A stretch of 64,000 bases of DNA. It comes from Marsupella aquatica (taxonomy: Eukaryota > Plantae > Marchantiophyta). The position numbers and the translations under genes are program-made. The stretch covers positions 584,515-648,514 of the forward strand of contig OZ316897.1 of the NCBI GenBank assembly GCA_973895155.1, read 5' to 3'. This document shows, in pieces, positions 12,545-25,830 of this stretch. Positions within the stretch are counted from its first letter, which is position 1, and each line of letters starts with the position of its first letter. The notes beneath the pieces were generated by a model that did not search any database, was not told the DNA's origin, and saw only the letters and a list, made by a program, of their open reading frames with translations.

Positions 12545-13734
12545 TGTGATAAGGGAGCTTACCCCAAAATACCAAAACTATTACCACATCTTGCATTATT
12601 GATTCCTTTTACTAGGAAACTTAGTGGTTGGACGAGCTTAATGAATCAATGAGCAACTTAACCCTCATACAGGAAAACCTTATAGACCTCAAATGGACCC
12701 ACAACTTTGTCAAGAGCTTACTTGGACTTCATGAAGTATTTTTCCTGAGGTAACAAACTTCACCAAACTTAGATAGTACATTTTTGTTTTCTTTTGTTAA
12801 AAAACCATTTTAGCTAGTTTTAGTTTAGGTTTGAGGCATGAAAGGGTATGCCCTTTCACCCTCCAAATAAGGAAGACCTTTCACTCTGGTCTCTACCACT
12901 ATATAGGTTAGATGTTTTTCCTTTGTTGGGGTTGAAGTTCTTCCTTTGTTCCGAGAGGAGGAAAGGAGAAGTTTAGGGTGATGATCATCTTTCACCAACA
13001 AAATCCAAAGTCTAGGTGCCTCAAGAAATCCTAGCATCCCGTGCTCAAGCAATTCTCTATCACCATAGCTTAACTCCAAAAGTTCAAAGACGAGGTCAAG
13101 TCACCGACATGACGGAATCTGTTGACTCGGGTCTTCGAAACATGAGTAATACAAGGTTTTACTTCGAAGGTGTGGTGAAACAAACATCAACACCAAAGAA
13201 GGGAAGAAGACTCCTTAATACAACCTCGGCCTTAGCCTAAACTTCACTTAGCTCTAGGCTATTCCTAAGCTGACAAGGGACAAAGTGAAAGATGATGCGG
13301 ACATTCATCTCTTTTAGTACCGCAAGGATGCTGAAGTAGAAGTCTATTAGCCATTTCCAAGTATCACCATCGAGAAAAGGAAAGGCGTGTTGACGGCACT
13401 TTAATATGACTCTCTAGTAGCCATTCCGCGCCAGAAAGAAGCGATGGGTTCTCCATCTTAAGTCTTTACCTATAAAATGATGTAGAGAAGGAACCTCGGC
13501 GTATGCTAGCCTCTCTCTTCATACCTCAAAAGCATACTTTTTGCTTGTGTTTTGTTAGTTGATATGTTTTTGTTAATTTGCATTTTTGAAACCGTAGAGC
13601 TTTTGAGTCCAAGCTCTTTAAACCACTCAAAGTTTGTTTAAATCATCAATCCATTACAACTTGTTCTTTACGGGATTGAATACCGAGTTGGAAGACCGTA
13701 AAGTGTGCTTTTTGGTTTTCCCTGGCAAACTACA
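12545..13734. mobile_element. Solo LTR (1,190 bp)
   Basis: TGTGAT...ACTACA with 5-bp TSD GCTCG (12540-12544 and 13735-13739). Removal restores the protease frame IHARA|ILTK. Confidence 0.88.
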
Positions 13735-14416
13735 GCTCGCGCGTGTATCTGTGCGCTATCTGTGGTATGAACTTCCTGAATCCTCAAATCAAGAGGTCTC
13801 CTAGTAATGTGCTGTGTAGGTGTAGGTCCCCCCAATGAAGTCTGAATGGGAAAGGGACAATCCTCCAAATCCTCTGGACGCAATCCAATCCACGTATGGC
13901 AGACTTACCCAACATCAAGGGCTGAGCACCAGTATCCAATAACACTCTCTGGCTGGTATACTATTCCAGATGGCCCAACTAATCGGAAGATACCACTCCG
14001 ATTATCCAATGACACAACACTAGGTTTAAACCTAGTCCTCTCAAATGCAAGGCGTGCTGGTAAATCCACCAACCTCGCTGCTGCTGCATGCCATGTCTCA
14101 CTAGTAGCAGTAGGTGGCATGGTCTTCACTGCTTTAACACTGCAAGCTGTTTCTGCATGGGAAGCAACCACTGGAGTGTCCTCACAGAGTGTAGCTGCCA
14201 ATTTGAACACTTCTACAGGACCAACTCCCAAGTTCAGCATGTCTATTGCTAAAAATAATGGGGTGCGTACTATGGCAGTAGCCGCCCCCAGCAGGGTACC
14301 TGTCATCCCTACTGCATCACTACTTGATTATGCCAACTTACCCACGCCAGGGTTTGTCCGAACCGGGTTCATAGAGGCAGTCTGAACTATCTTTGACAAT
14401 GTAAAAGATTGAGGAA

Positions 14417-17400
14417 TGTCGTGTCCCTAACCTGGGCCTTAAATCCAGTTTAGTTCCATGGCGCAACCTTGACCACCAGTAGGGGTGAGGGTTTGGGCAA
14501 GGAGGTGTGTAGTGGCCCTGATTAGCCCTAAGTCGGGCTAAGTCGATCTACTTACTGGTATAACACTTACATAATTTGTACTAGTCATAGGTATATTTGT
14601 TTTCCACCGCTGGAATATTCCCTCAGTTAGTGACTCGGACTAACTCTCGGCTTGGGGCTTTCAAGCCATCGATGCGACAGAACCTTGTGACATGCAATGG
14701 GTGGCAATCCCTACCATTAATTAGTCCGCACCCGGTACGTCCCTTGAAATGGCGCCTTTGCCCAGACAAAGCATACACACAACACCAGTTACTCGCAGAA
14801 AAATTAGAGGGAAAAGACTACATTTACTCAACAAAGCATCAGTTTACATGGTTGACTCGACTTCTAAGGAGGTCAGCAGGCCCAACGGCAGTCGATGCCC
14901 AGTCTCTACGAGGCCCCGCCTCGCACTTGCCCAACAAGCTCGGCTCTGGTTCTCACTCCTTGGTGTGCTCTGACTCTGCTCAGGCCGGGACTCCCCATGT
15001 CTCGCCTTTTCTTCTGCTGAGATAACTAAGCCTTCTCCCCGTTCATAGCAGAAGGGGAAGCCTAAATACTATGGTTGCGGAAGGGAACCGGAGGATACTA
15101 CCTTCTGGGGTAATACCTACTGACTAACTACCCTCTGACTAACTGGCCGCCTGCTCTGACTGGTTGACCGTCGATGACAAGGGTGCTGACCGGAATGGCA
15201 ACAGCTAAGCCTACTGACAAAAATCTAGTCCGTTGATGGACTCCATCCTACGTTGGCTGATCCTAACTGATCCGGCCCTAATTCTTCCTACTACCGCTAA
15301 TCGGCGCCTAATGACAGCCATTCTATCGTTATGCCTAACCAAAAGATGCCGTTGACTTAACTGCCTCGCGCGGCGCCTGCTTCCACCCTTCGCTAACCAC
15401 CTCTTACATGCGTGCTGTGGTTGGACCAGGGTTTGTCCCCCTGTCGGGGTGAGACCTCCAGCTGCCTTGATCAGAGGTGGGCCCAGGTTTTCCCCGCTGG
15501 AGGACAAGCAGGGTAATGCGGTCCTGCAAGGCCTTGTTGTCCCGCACCGCCTCCTCCGCCTTGGTTGTAGCTTCATCGGCCTCTGTCTGGAGCCGTGCTA
15601 CCTCCAAGTTGAGCTGGTTAATGGAGTCGCAATGGGTCCGGTCCTGCATCAACAACTTATCCCGTTTGGCGGAGAGACCAGCCACCTATTGAGCTGCTTG
15701 CAGGAATTGTTTGTTGAGGTCGGTCAGGCTGGTAACCCGAGCCAAAGATTTTGAGCGCAATTGAAGCACGGTGTCATCCAACTTCTTGAGATCTGCTTGC
15801 GCTCCGCTCAACTCCTGGGTTAGTCCGTCCCTCTGTTCGACGGTGCGGACTAACTCCTCGCGACTGGTAGTGACCTCCTCCTCGAGGTGCTCTACCAGCA
15901 TTTGGAGGCGCCCGATCTCATTCCCCTTCACCATGAGTTCTTCTTCAGGGCGGCTTACGATCCGTGGTTGGTGCTCTAACATGAAGAAGGCTGGTTGAAA
16001 GTACGCCGAGACTTGTTGTCCGATGTACGTCGCCAGCTCCCCAGACATAGTCTGGCTAAAATTCTGGACCAGGTCGTAGGCCATGGTCCCCGGGGCTACT
16101 TGGTAGTCCTCCATCCTCTCGGGTACCGGTGGTTCCTCGGGCGGGGCAACGAGGTCCTCCGTAGTTTGCGCTGGGGAGGGGAAGGTTTCTTCTGATGGTG
16201 GAGGGATTGGGGGTGGTTGTACTGCGGGTAGCGGAGGCTCGATGGAAGGGGGCGGCGGAATTTCAACAAGAGGAGGTGAAGGAGTATTAGTCGGGGCCTC
16301 CGGCTCAGGGTTTGCCCGAGGGACGGTAGTCCGCGCGCTCGGGGTTGCCTCCTCTGGGGCGGGGGTGACATTAGTTGGGGCTGAGGTGGCCATATTCTTT
16401 CCTCTGGCCTCCCGCCGTGCCTTGTACCAGGCAAGGATGATGGCGATATGACTTCCCAAGTAAGTCTTCCCCCCAATAGCCATACCAGCCTGAGCCCGCT
16501 TCAGCTCCCCCGAGAATCTACGGTAAAAGAATTGGGCCCAGTTCCGCCGTTTGTATTGTTCCACCTGCACGATCGTGCAAAGGGAGATCTCGGATCATGG
16601 CTCAATCATGTGTAGGGTAGTCCGTATGAAGTTAAGCCGCTCCATGCAGATTAAGTTGGTGCACAACCCCTGCTTGTATCCGTTATCCGTCTTACCCTCG
16701 GGTTTGAAGTGCCGCAGTGTATACTCCTTATCCCAAATTCGGAGTTCAACTGGCACCGGCCTGGTTGGTAGGTAGAAGATTTGCGTTAACTGATACTTCG
16801 TGAGTGATAAGGCCTATCCCGAAACCTTGGTGGTCGATGCGTCAGTGTCAAAATTGGAGAAGAACTCACAAATCTCCTTTGGCTCGGCGGCGCATGGCCT
16901 CCATAGCAAGTGAACGAACTGCTCCAACTGATGCTCCTTGAGATAGTCCGCGTGTTCGAGTTTCTTGATCGCAATCCTGACTACTTCGGGGACACGGATC
17001 ACTTGTAATAAGTTGGACTTCGGGTTATCCAGGGGCCGTCGGGTCTGGTTGGCCGGGGGGTTTGCCGGGGCAGGTGCAGGCGCGGCGTTGGTTTGCGTTG
17101 TTGATTCGGGGGCCGGCATCGTCCTTGCCCGCTTACAAGAACGTTGCTCGAGTTGTGGACTAACTCGCTTGGAACCTGAAGAACACTCTGTGTTGATCAC
17201 TGGACGGACTTGGGACCGGTTCGGAGGTACGCCGGTGGTCATCGGCTGAGGTGCTGGTGGTGTTGGGGTAGCCATATCCCAATCGAAGGCGTTGGAACTT
17301 TCCCCGAGGAATGTAAGATTACGCGCCGCTTCCCGTTGTCTACTGATTTCTTCTTGGCACTTTTCGGCTGCAATCTGCTGGTCTAGGTACCCCGGAATCT

Positions 17401-18230
17401 TGTGAAACTCCGCTTGAGTAAGCCGTTGGCTGCCCTTCAGTCTAAAGAACTTCGCGGGGACTTCAAGAATCGCCTCTGCTACCGATCTAAGCCCTTCCTT
17501 GCTGAGATATAGCTCGGTGATGTAGTCTCGCAGCTCGTTGTAGCTGGAATCCCTAGTGATGGCTGTCTTCTCGCAATTAACCTGTGCTACCTTGGTCACC
17601 AGCTTTGCGTATCTTTGTTCGTAAGCGGCTTTCTCGGGACAAGAGTACCAGTAAGTCTCGAAGAACTTAGCACCTACCTCGCCAAACAAGGTCCAAAATC
17701 CCAAGGCTATAAGGGTCATACTAACCTTGTAGTCCGGTTTGTCGAGTCTGCGTTCCCACCCGGCTGGTCCTCTTGCTTGTGGAGGCCTTGCTCGTCCTGA
17801 CAAAATCTTCCCACATTCCGCTCTTATCCCTCAATAATCTCCTTGTAAAGGTCAGCTTGATTCGAGCAAAAAGGCGAGTGAATGGCAGCATCCGCAAATT
17901 CCAAAAGGTAGAAATGAGCAAATGGCCCGCAGCGCCATTGGCTCCTCTCTTATGGAGGTGCCAGGATGAGCCCGAGCGCGAGAAGGCCAGGCCATTTTGG
18001 TCATTGATAATGAGTTGAAGTCAGTGCCTCGGTCCAAGCGTGATTCTTCTAACGGATTTTTACTCCGCCGCCGCCACCGTACCTCGGTCGCGCGTAATAA
18101 TCCTCCTCCTAAACTCGTAATCATTCGGTCAACTTCACCTACTCCTAATCTATTCATAATGGCAACAGACGGCTATACATGCTATTCTATGCTACGGCTA
18201 CGGTTCTAATGACCGTATAAGACCTAATCT
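14417..18230. mobile_element. Probable LTR-retrotransposon segment (TG start) carrying an accessory ORF; cut at 18231 by the outer Sola-like element
   Basis: Abrupt switch at TGTCGTG (14417) from Gypsy gag/protease sequence to non-coding then GC-rich sequence. The other end is not in the window. Confidence 0.45.
15404..17803 (-). pseudogene. ~800-codon retrotransposon accessory ORF (plant-transposon/PMD-like domain, Pro-rich linker, coiled coil) with three in-frame stops
   Basis: ORFs 16814-17803, 15686-16570 and 15404-15685 share one frame, with stops TAG, TGA and TAG. Central ICEFFSNF...IFYLP...NGYK...RNWAQFFY segment and heptad-rich C-terminus. Confidence 0.55.
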
Positions 18231-19560
18231 GGCTCAAAGCAAGCTATACTGGGTATTATTTGGTCTCAACTATGTCATACTCATCAATACCTTATGAAAG
18301 GTACTAATACAAAGGGAGGACCAAAAAGGACCATGGAATGGTGAAGATGTATTTGTGATTGTGTGGCCAAGATGAGAGGGAGATCTAATACGGTTGTACA
18401 ACTGAATCACATTTGATTTGAAGGAATTCTTACTCTTGTCCTCTATGGTAGCCAGGTAAGTACTTACTTGGCATTTCAAATGCTTTCAAGCGTAGCATGG
18501 TATTGTTGTCTATATTGGTACTTTCTTGGTATCACTAGAAGAAAACCTGTGTTTTACTACTACCGGCCCTGCAACTACTTTGCCTAAACAACTCATACGT
18601 GGTGCCAACCACTGTTTTTTTAATGGGTTGTAATAATCTACATTTTATGACTCTACTTAGAACTATGTTACCTTAATCACTGATTACAACTCTTTTTTTT
18701 GCCACTAAAACTTAGATCACTTGAATTAGAGTTGTATATTACACAAATTTGCAAATCACTACAATCCACCGTCCGCTACACCGTCGATGTTTACAACTCT
18801 ATTTTCAACTAAGATTTTTCTACTGGCCGAAACCACTACAAATACAAGTACCACCAATATTTGAATGGTAAAGGTGCTTTTTCAATCAACTCCCAATCAA
18901 GTGAATCTTTTCCAAGTGATCTTAATTACTTGAAATAATGTCATTTGTGAGCACACCTTTTGTTACTATAAATATCACCAATAGTGGAGTCACAAATGAA
19001 TTTTGGCAAAATCACTTAAAATATTTTAGTGACAAGGAAATTCTTACAAACAACTTAAGATTGAGTGAATTAATTGTCAATGTACAAAATCTCTTTAAAT
19101 AAAGTCATTATTATCACAAATTGTCTGACTACAAATGTCACTAAAATTAGAGTTCAATAAATATTATTTGATACAACTTCAAACCAAGTGCCACATCCTC
19201 CATAGTCCAAAATCACTCTAAAGAATGTCATTCTCTTCGCACATTTTAGTGACTCCAAATGCCACTAAGAGTAGAGTGTCAATGCAGGGCCTTGCAAATG
19301 ACTTGAAATGAAGTAGATCATTTTCCATTCTCATAAATCACTATGAATAATGTCATTCTTTAAATACATTTTGCAACTACAAATGCCACCAACATTAGAG
19401 TGTCAAAACAGTTTTGACAAGTGACTGAAAATTGAATGAATTATTTTGTGATGTCCACAACCTCTCCCAATGATGTCATTATCAACACACATTTTCAGTC
19501 ACGATATGCATGCCACCGGAATTACAGCGACAAACAAATTCTTTTTTACAAATTGTACCC

Positions 19561-21845
19561 AAACCACTACAGAACAGGTGGTTTGAGGGTTTTGGGCACC
19601 TGTCACTTGAAATACCACCATGTTTTGAGTTGGGAAAGTTATGTGTTTGAACTTCCAATCAAGTGCATTGATAAATACCAGCCCAAACCACTTAACATAA
19701 GGTCCTTTCGATGTGGGCTCTCATCTTCTTTCAACTATAATCTGCACCCATATTTGAGTGATGCAACACACATTGGTGCGACCACTTGCCATGAACTAGT
19801 GCTAAAAGGAGTGAATTGTGTGGACACATCACATAAGCCCCATATTTGTAATTCCGTAGAGTCTTGGAGTGATTTGTGTGGAGTTCATGATGTTGCATCA
19901 CTTGGGTGCCTCAAATCTCTCCACCTTGGCGATTTATGCATCACAACCTCATTGTCGTTGCTATAATTAGTTGGCACACGTGATGGGGGTGTCCCATGGC
20001 TTCACCATGGGGGGGCTAACACGGAGGAATTGTGGTGGCGGTGGGCCCAACCCTCCTCCTTTAATCGTGGCCCTCCGAGAATTGCCGCAAGGTGGATCCA
20101 CTTCTCATTATCCATTGTAAGTTTGTCACTCCGGAAACCACTCAAAACAATGTGCTTCAAAGCCCTCATTTCTAGCGACTAACATTGTCACTCAACCTGG
20201 GGTGGTACATCACGCATCCTTCTAAACAACTTCTCATGAAGTGGTAGTCCTAGGGTGATTGGGGGGCAAACCACTACAAATGAGGTGGTTTTAGGGTTTA
20301 GGGCAAATGCAACTTAAGATACCACCTATATTTGAGTTGAGAAATAAATTGGGTGCGAACACTTGCAATGAAGTGTATTTATATGTACACGCCCAATTGA
20401 CTCAAAAAAGGTCCTTTCAGGCCCTCACCTTCTGGCGACTACAAATTGCACCCGTATTTTAGTGATGCAACACACTTTAGTGTGATCCCAAACCATGAAC
20501 TAGTGCTAAAAGGAGTGAATTGTGTGGATGCATCACATCAGCCCCATATTTGTAATTCCGTAGAGTCTTGGAGTGATTTGTGTGGAGTTCATGATGTTGC
20601 ATCGCTTGGGTGCTTCAAATCTCTCCACCTTGGCAATTTATGCGTCACAACCTCATTGTCGTTGCTATAACTAGTTGGCACACGTGATGGGGGTGTCCCA
20701 TGGCTTCACCATGGGGGGGCTAACATGGAGGAATTGTTATGGCGGCGGGCCCAACCCTCCTCCTTTAATTGTAGCCCTCTGAGATTTGTCGCAAGGTGGA
20801 TCCACTTCTCATTATCCATTGTAAGTCTATCACTCCGGAAACCACTCAAAACAATGTGCTTCAAAGCCCTCATTTCTAGCGACTAACATTGTCACTCAAC
20901 CTGGGGTGGTACATCACGCGTCCCTCTAAACAACTTCTCATGAAGTGATAGTCCTAGGGTGATTGGGGGGCAAACCACTACAAATGAGGTGGTTTTAGGG
21001 TTTAGGGCAAATGCAACTTAAGAGACCACCTTTATTTGAGTTGAGAAGTAAATTGAGTGCGAACACTTGCAATGAAGTGCATTTTTAAGTAACAGCCAAA
21101 AGCACTTGACATAAGGTCATTTCAGGCCCTCGCCTTTGGCCACTACAAATTGCACCCATATTTGAGTCATGCAACACACTTTGGTGCGACCACTTGCCAT
21201 GACCTAGTGCTAAAAGGAGTGAATTGTGTGGACACTTCACATAAGCCCCATATTTGTAATTCCGTAGAGTCTTGGAGTGATTTGTGTGGAGTTCACGATG
21301 TTCCATCACTTGTGTGTCTCAAATCTCTCCACCTTGGCATTTTATGCGTCACAACCTCATTGTTGTTGGTATAACTAGTTGGCACACGTGATGGGGGTGT
21401 AGCATGGCCTCACCATGGGGGGGCTAACACGGTGGAATCCCGGGTGGAATTGTTATGGCGGCGGGCCCAACCCTCCTCCTTTAAACATGGCCCTCTAAGA
21501 ATTGCCGCAAGGTGGATCCACTTCTCAAATGTTATCCATTGTAAGTTTGTCACTCCCCAAATCACTAAAAACTCTGTTCTTGAAAGCCCTCGTTTCTAGC
21601 GACTAACACTATCACTCAAGCTGGGGTGGTACATCAAGCATCCCTCTAAACAACTTGTCATGAAGGGGTAGTCCTAGGGTGTGTTGTTCCGAAACCACTA
21701 CAAATGAGGTGGTTTTAGGGTTTAGGGCAAATGCAACTCAAGATACCATGGTTACTTGAGTTGAGAAGTAAATTGGGTGCGAACACTTGCAATCAAGTGC
21801 ATATCTATGTACCTGCCCAATCAACTGGAAAGAAGGTCCCTTCAA
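19561..21845 (+). repeat. Tandem array of ~705-bp units (about 3.2 copies)
   Basis: Unit anchor AAACCACTACA at 19561, 20268, 20972 and 21692. Near-identical translated pieces at 20446 and 21150. Confidence 0.92.
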
Positions 21846-24800
21846 GCCCTTTGCCTTTTTGCGACTCCTTGTTGGGACTGGTAAAAGCACTGTCTTGGAA
21901 TGCGGTGATTTTCCGGAGTGCGAGGCATTAGATTGCCAAAGAATTTTAGGCAATGGTGCCAAGTGTAATTAAACATAGACAAAACTAAAACAACATCCTG
22001 GCCGGAATAGGGCTTAGGGTACATAGAAGCTTGGGCTTTCAGGACACTCAGTGTATCTCTCAAGGGAGTGTCATAGAAAATGTATTTTGTAGGTCCACTA
22101 GCATTACTTCTCAAGCTTTGTATGATTTACACACTTTGAAGGAGTAAGTAAGGTATTCAAATTGGCAATAGACAAAAAGTGATTACATAGGGTACTCTAG
22201 AAATGAAAATGTGGGTTTAGGACTCACATGGATATGTTTCTCACTTAAAAAGTGTGTCTGGCAAGAAATTAAATGCTTACTACCCAAGTAATGATACCAC
22301 CTAGGTAACATTGTTGGTGGCATATTGGAAGTTTTTCATTTTTTTTCTTTACTTTGAAAAGCCAGGTTGTCACGACTTAATTAGCACTTATTTTTAGGGG
22401 TTAGACCAGGGGCAACACCGGGTTGAAACTACATTACAAAAAAACTTGGGGTGTGAGTGGGTTGGATTTATAACATATGGGATGGCCTAGGGGCTTGGGG
22501 TGTAAATGTAGACACTTTTAAGTAGAGGGAACAGAGGCCTTGGGTTAACATCAAATCCCCCCACGTTGATGGCTGAGATCGCTCAGGGCAATCTCCCTTC
22601 ATCCAATGGCTGAGATCACCCTAGGTGCTTCCATGTCAGAGTAAGAGAGTAAGGGTTCGTGCCAAATGGCTATTTGCACCCGCCTTACCGTGGATGAAGA
22701 GTTGCGTTTCACTTTTCCAACAAAATATCGAGGCGAAATGCTGAATGTTGTGGTTACCCTCTAGCACAAAGGGTTTGGGAGACGAGAGCGCAGGGGTTTA
22801 GCAAGGTTGCACTACGTTTATTTGCCTCTAGAGCTGTGGAGTTTAGGGCTGCATGGATTGAGTTTGTGGAGTGCGGAGCTACGGGAGTGAATGTGGGCAT
22901 GGTGCGCTGGAGTTAGTGCTGCGATCAAGGCTCGTGGCTTTTTTCCGAAGTGGAGTGCAGAGCTGCGCGGCTGAGCTACGGGATTGCGAAGCTGCGGGAG
23001 CACGGAGCTATGGGAGTGCGGGAGTGCGGAGTGCGGGAGTGGCAAGAGCTGTAGAGCCACACACTGCGATTGAGTGCGAAGCGATTGAGTGCAGAGCTGC
23101 AATTTAGCCGTAGCCTGTCGGAGCTCAAACAGAGGAGGCAATGTCAGGTTTTGATCTCTAACATAGGCTGAATGTGCGCACATCTATAGACAGGAATATT
23201 GCTTTCAGGAAACGTGAATTTGTGCCTTTCAATTTGACTTTTGGCTAGGCTGCTGCTGCTGCTTTGGGCAACTAAGATGCGACCTGCAGTTTGAAGAGGT
23301 ATTTAGGGTAGCTCTTGCTGGTGCTGATTAATCGAGTGTGATTGTCTTGTTTAAAATCAGTGAGCTCAAACGCTATTGCACGTCTAAGGAATTTCATGGT
23401 AAGGCTTCCAAGTGGTCGACCTCCTAGGATGCGCGCTGGCGGAGCTGTTAGAGCTGGACTTAAGTTGTGAGAGTTGTGAATGCTCGTTGGGAGGTTGGCC
23501 GTCTGGCTTCGCTTGGCTTTTGTTGGTGCGTTTGTTTTTTATTCTGCTTGGAAAACCTGTGCTAGTCTGTGACTTGTTAGCTTTTGAAGGCGTGCGTCGG
23601 GAACCTGTTTGGAAGTTGGAGCAATCTTCTCTCTAGGCTAATGGTTACTGTGGAGCAAAGTTCTGTTATTGAGGCAACTGTGAGGCAACTGAGTGCATTT
23701 GTCGCGGGATTGTTATGGATATAAGTGCTTGAGGCATGGACGAGACTATTTCTGGGAGGATCAACTTTGCGTCTTTCTTTTCTGGCTGGTTTCTTGCATG
23801 TGCGTTGTTAGCCGGAGGAAGGAGCTTTCTAGTATACACATTGGCGGGGATTCTTTTTGTTTTGGCCTAAGAGATTGCTGTTTTCTCTCCATGATGTAGC
23901 CTGAATTTGGAGGACTTTTGGAGATCTTCTATGGAAGACAATAATGATTTGAGGCCTATGCAGTGCTTTGAGTGTAACTCTCAACTCTGGATGAGTCTTG
24001 GGGGGGGACTTTGGAGAACTATTCTTCCACTTTGCTCTCTCCTTAAGACTCTGCGCTAAGATTTTTAGAAATGATTGCTGATGGTGTGAAGTAGGACTGT
24101 ATCCCTGCCCCATAGATTTGGATTGTTGGGCTGTCTTGGCTTTGTTTACTACTGCTGAAGTCAAGCATCATTTGGCTGCGGGGAGATTGGAAGCGTGCGA
24201 TGAAGATGGGAGAACTCGCAATGGGGAAGGAATTTGGCTATTGATTGTTTAGGCTAGTCGCCTCCTGAATGAGATCGTCTGTTTGGTAGTTGCTTGAATT
24301 CTTTGACCCATGGCAGATGATTCAGACCTTCTCTGTTGGAGAAATGTTCTCAACTGCGTGATGACTGAAGGTGAGCTGCAACGGGCTGTATTTACAGAAG
24401 GACAGAATTGTGAGTTGAATGGTGATCTTGGTGATGGTGGTCGTTGGTACTCGGTGTTCTTCCGATTCTGCTTGGGGTGTTGTTCTTCCGGTTTTGCTTG
24501 GGATATTGAGTTTTCTTAGACGATGAGATGCATGCTCTTGACTGTGAGGTTTAGGAAGCATTTGGAGCTTAAATTGGGACTGACAACAACAAGTAGAAAG
24601 AATTTTGGTCTCCTTCTCTATTGCTGAGGATGGCGCAAGGGTTTAAGGCTTTAGGGATCATGGTTGACTCGTGGATTGCTAGTTCTAAGGGCTCCTAGCT
24701 GTAACAATAGAAGGAAGGAGCTTGTGCTGCACAGGGTTGAGTAATAGTGGGAGAGCACCAGCAATTGGAGAGCGAGACTGACCGGACTTTAGGCAGTGGA

Positions 24801-25401
24801 TCTATGAGGTGGACATTCCAACTGCGCGCTATCAAGGTGGATTGGACATTGGACCTGGATTGGACATTCTGCCGAGGAGTAGAGTTTTTCAACAGCGGGT
24901 CATTGTTTTGGGGCTTGAATGTTGATGCCAAGAGCTCTTGGAGCATCGTCCTGTTTCATTTGAGCATCAGTAAGTTAGTGAGTGAAGAGGGGGGCAGAGT
25001 ATTGGTGAAGTTCCCAATCTGCCTGTCGTAGTAAGGTACTGGCCTGTAGTTTGAGTTGCTATCATGGCTAGTGGCTTACGTGCGGTTCTACCTCCCATTG
25101 AAATTGTTATTGGCTCCTTTGCCAATGCAAATGTAATATGTGCTGAAGAGTACGTCGGGAGCTTTGTATGGAGATTTTGATTGTCAAATTCGGCAGTTTT
25201 TTGCATTTCTATTTGAGCGTATTGAGTGTTCGGGCTTCTGTACATGGAATATATGAGTCAAGATTGGCCAACAGAGCTATGAGCTGATAGAGCCTGCCAG
25301 TTTGGTTTTCTATTGCCCACCGGTTTGGCAATAGACTTACGAGGTAAAACTGTTTTCATTCTGGAGTTGCCGATGACAATAGATATTTCTCGATATTTCC
25401 C

Positions 25402-25830
25402 GATATTCTTGTCCACTTACTAGTGAATGGTCCCGAGGTTACAAAAGCTTTGCTTAACACTTCTTGAAAGGAATACCTGGCTGCTCTCTCAACATCGTCG
25501 TCCTACTATAACATCTCACTCCTCAAGTATCTTGCACCTATCATGACCTCAGGTGGTGCTGCGATTGCATGAACACACATTATTGGCGAGAAAGCAATAC
25601 CAGGATATGGAGGAGGGATGAGCTCTGCCAAGGCAGCCCTGGACATTGATACACAGGTACTGGCTGTTGAAGCTGGGAGGAAATACAATATTTAAGTGAA
25701 TGAATTTCTGCTGGACCATTGAGAAGGAGAGCTGCCTTGGAAGGCAGTCGATTTCATTGACGAGATGATCAATTATTTGGAGCTTTAATCTGATGACGTC
25801 GGTAACACAGCTGCCTTCCTTGCATCGTGG
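25402..25830 (+). pseudogene. fabI: Captured fragment of plastid enoyl-ACP reductase (ENR/FabI), with stops and frameshifts
   Basis: Reads DILVHLLVNGPEVTKALLNTS*KEYLAALS...[32 protein letters not shown]...DFIDEMINY...DDVGNTAAFLAS, matching plant ENR ([27 protein letters not shown]). Confidence 0.85.

Larger units (their letters stand above)
11612..14416 (-). mobile_element. Ty3/Gypsy-like retrotransposon remnant: aspartic protease followed by DNA methyltransferase
   Basis: A shifted frame at ~13945 reads VLLDTGAQPLMLGK (retroviral protease D-T-G), then LRPEDLEDCPFPIQTSLGG...IHARA. Across the solo LTR it continues ILTKVESYDVLVGCTVLYPMGFILDF (protease C-terminus), then a linker to the DNMT on the same strand. 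RT and integrase are not in the window, so the Gypsy call is inferred. Confidence 0.72.

Noticed and set aside
19436-21374. Three similar ORFs (MHPY...HELVLKGVNCVD...)
   Set aside because: They are translations of the ~705-bp tandem repeat, with no recognisable domain or gene structure.
24967-25245. Histone H3-tail-like GGRTARKPLA peptide
   Set aside because: Match is too short and no histone fold follows.
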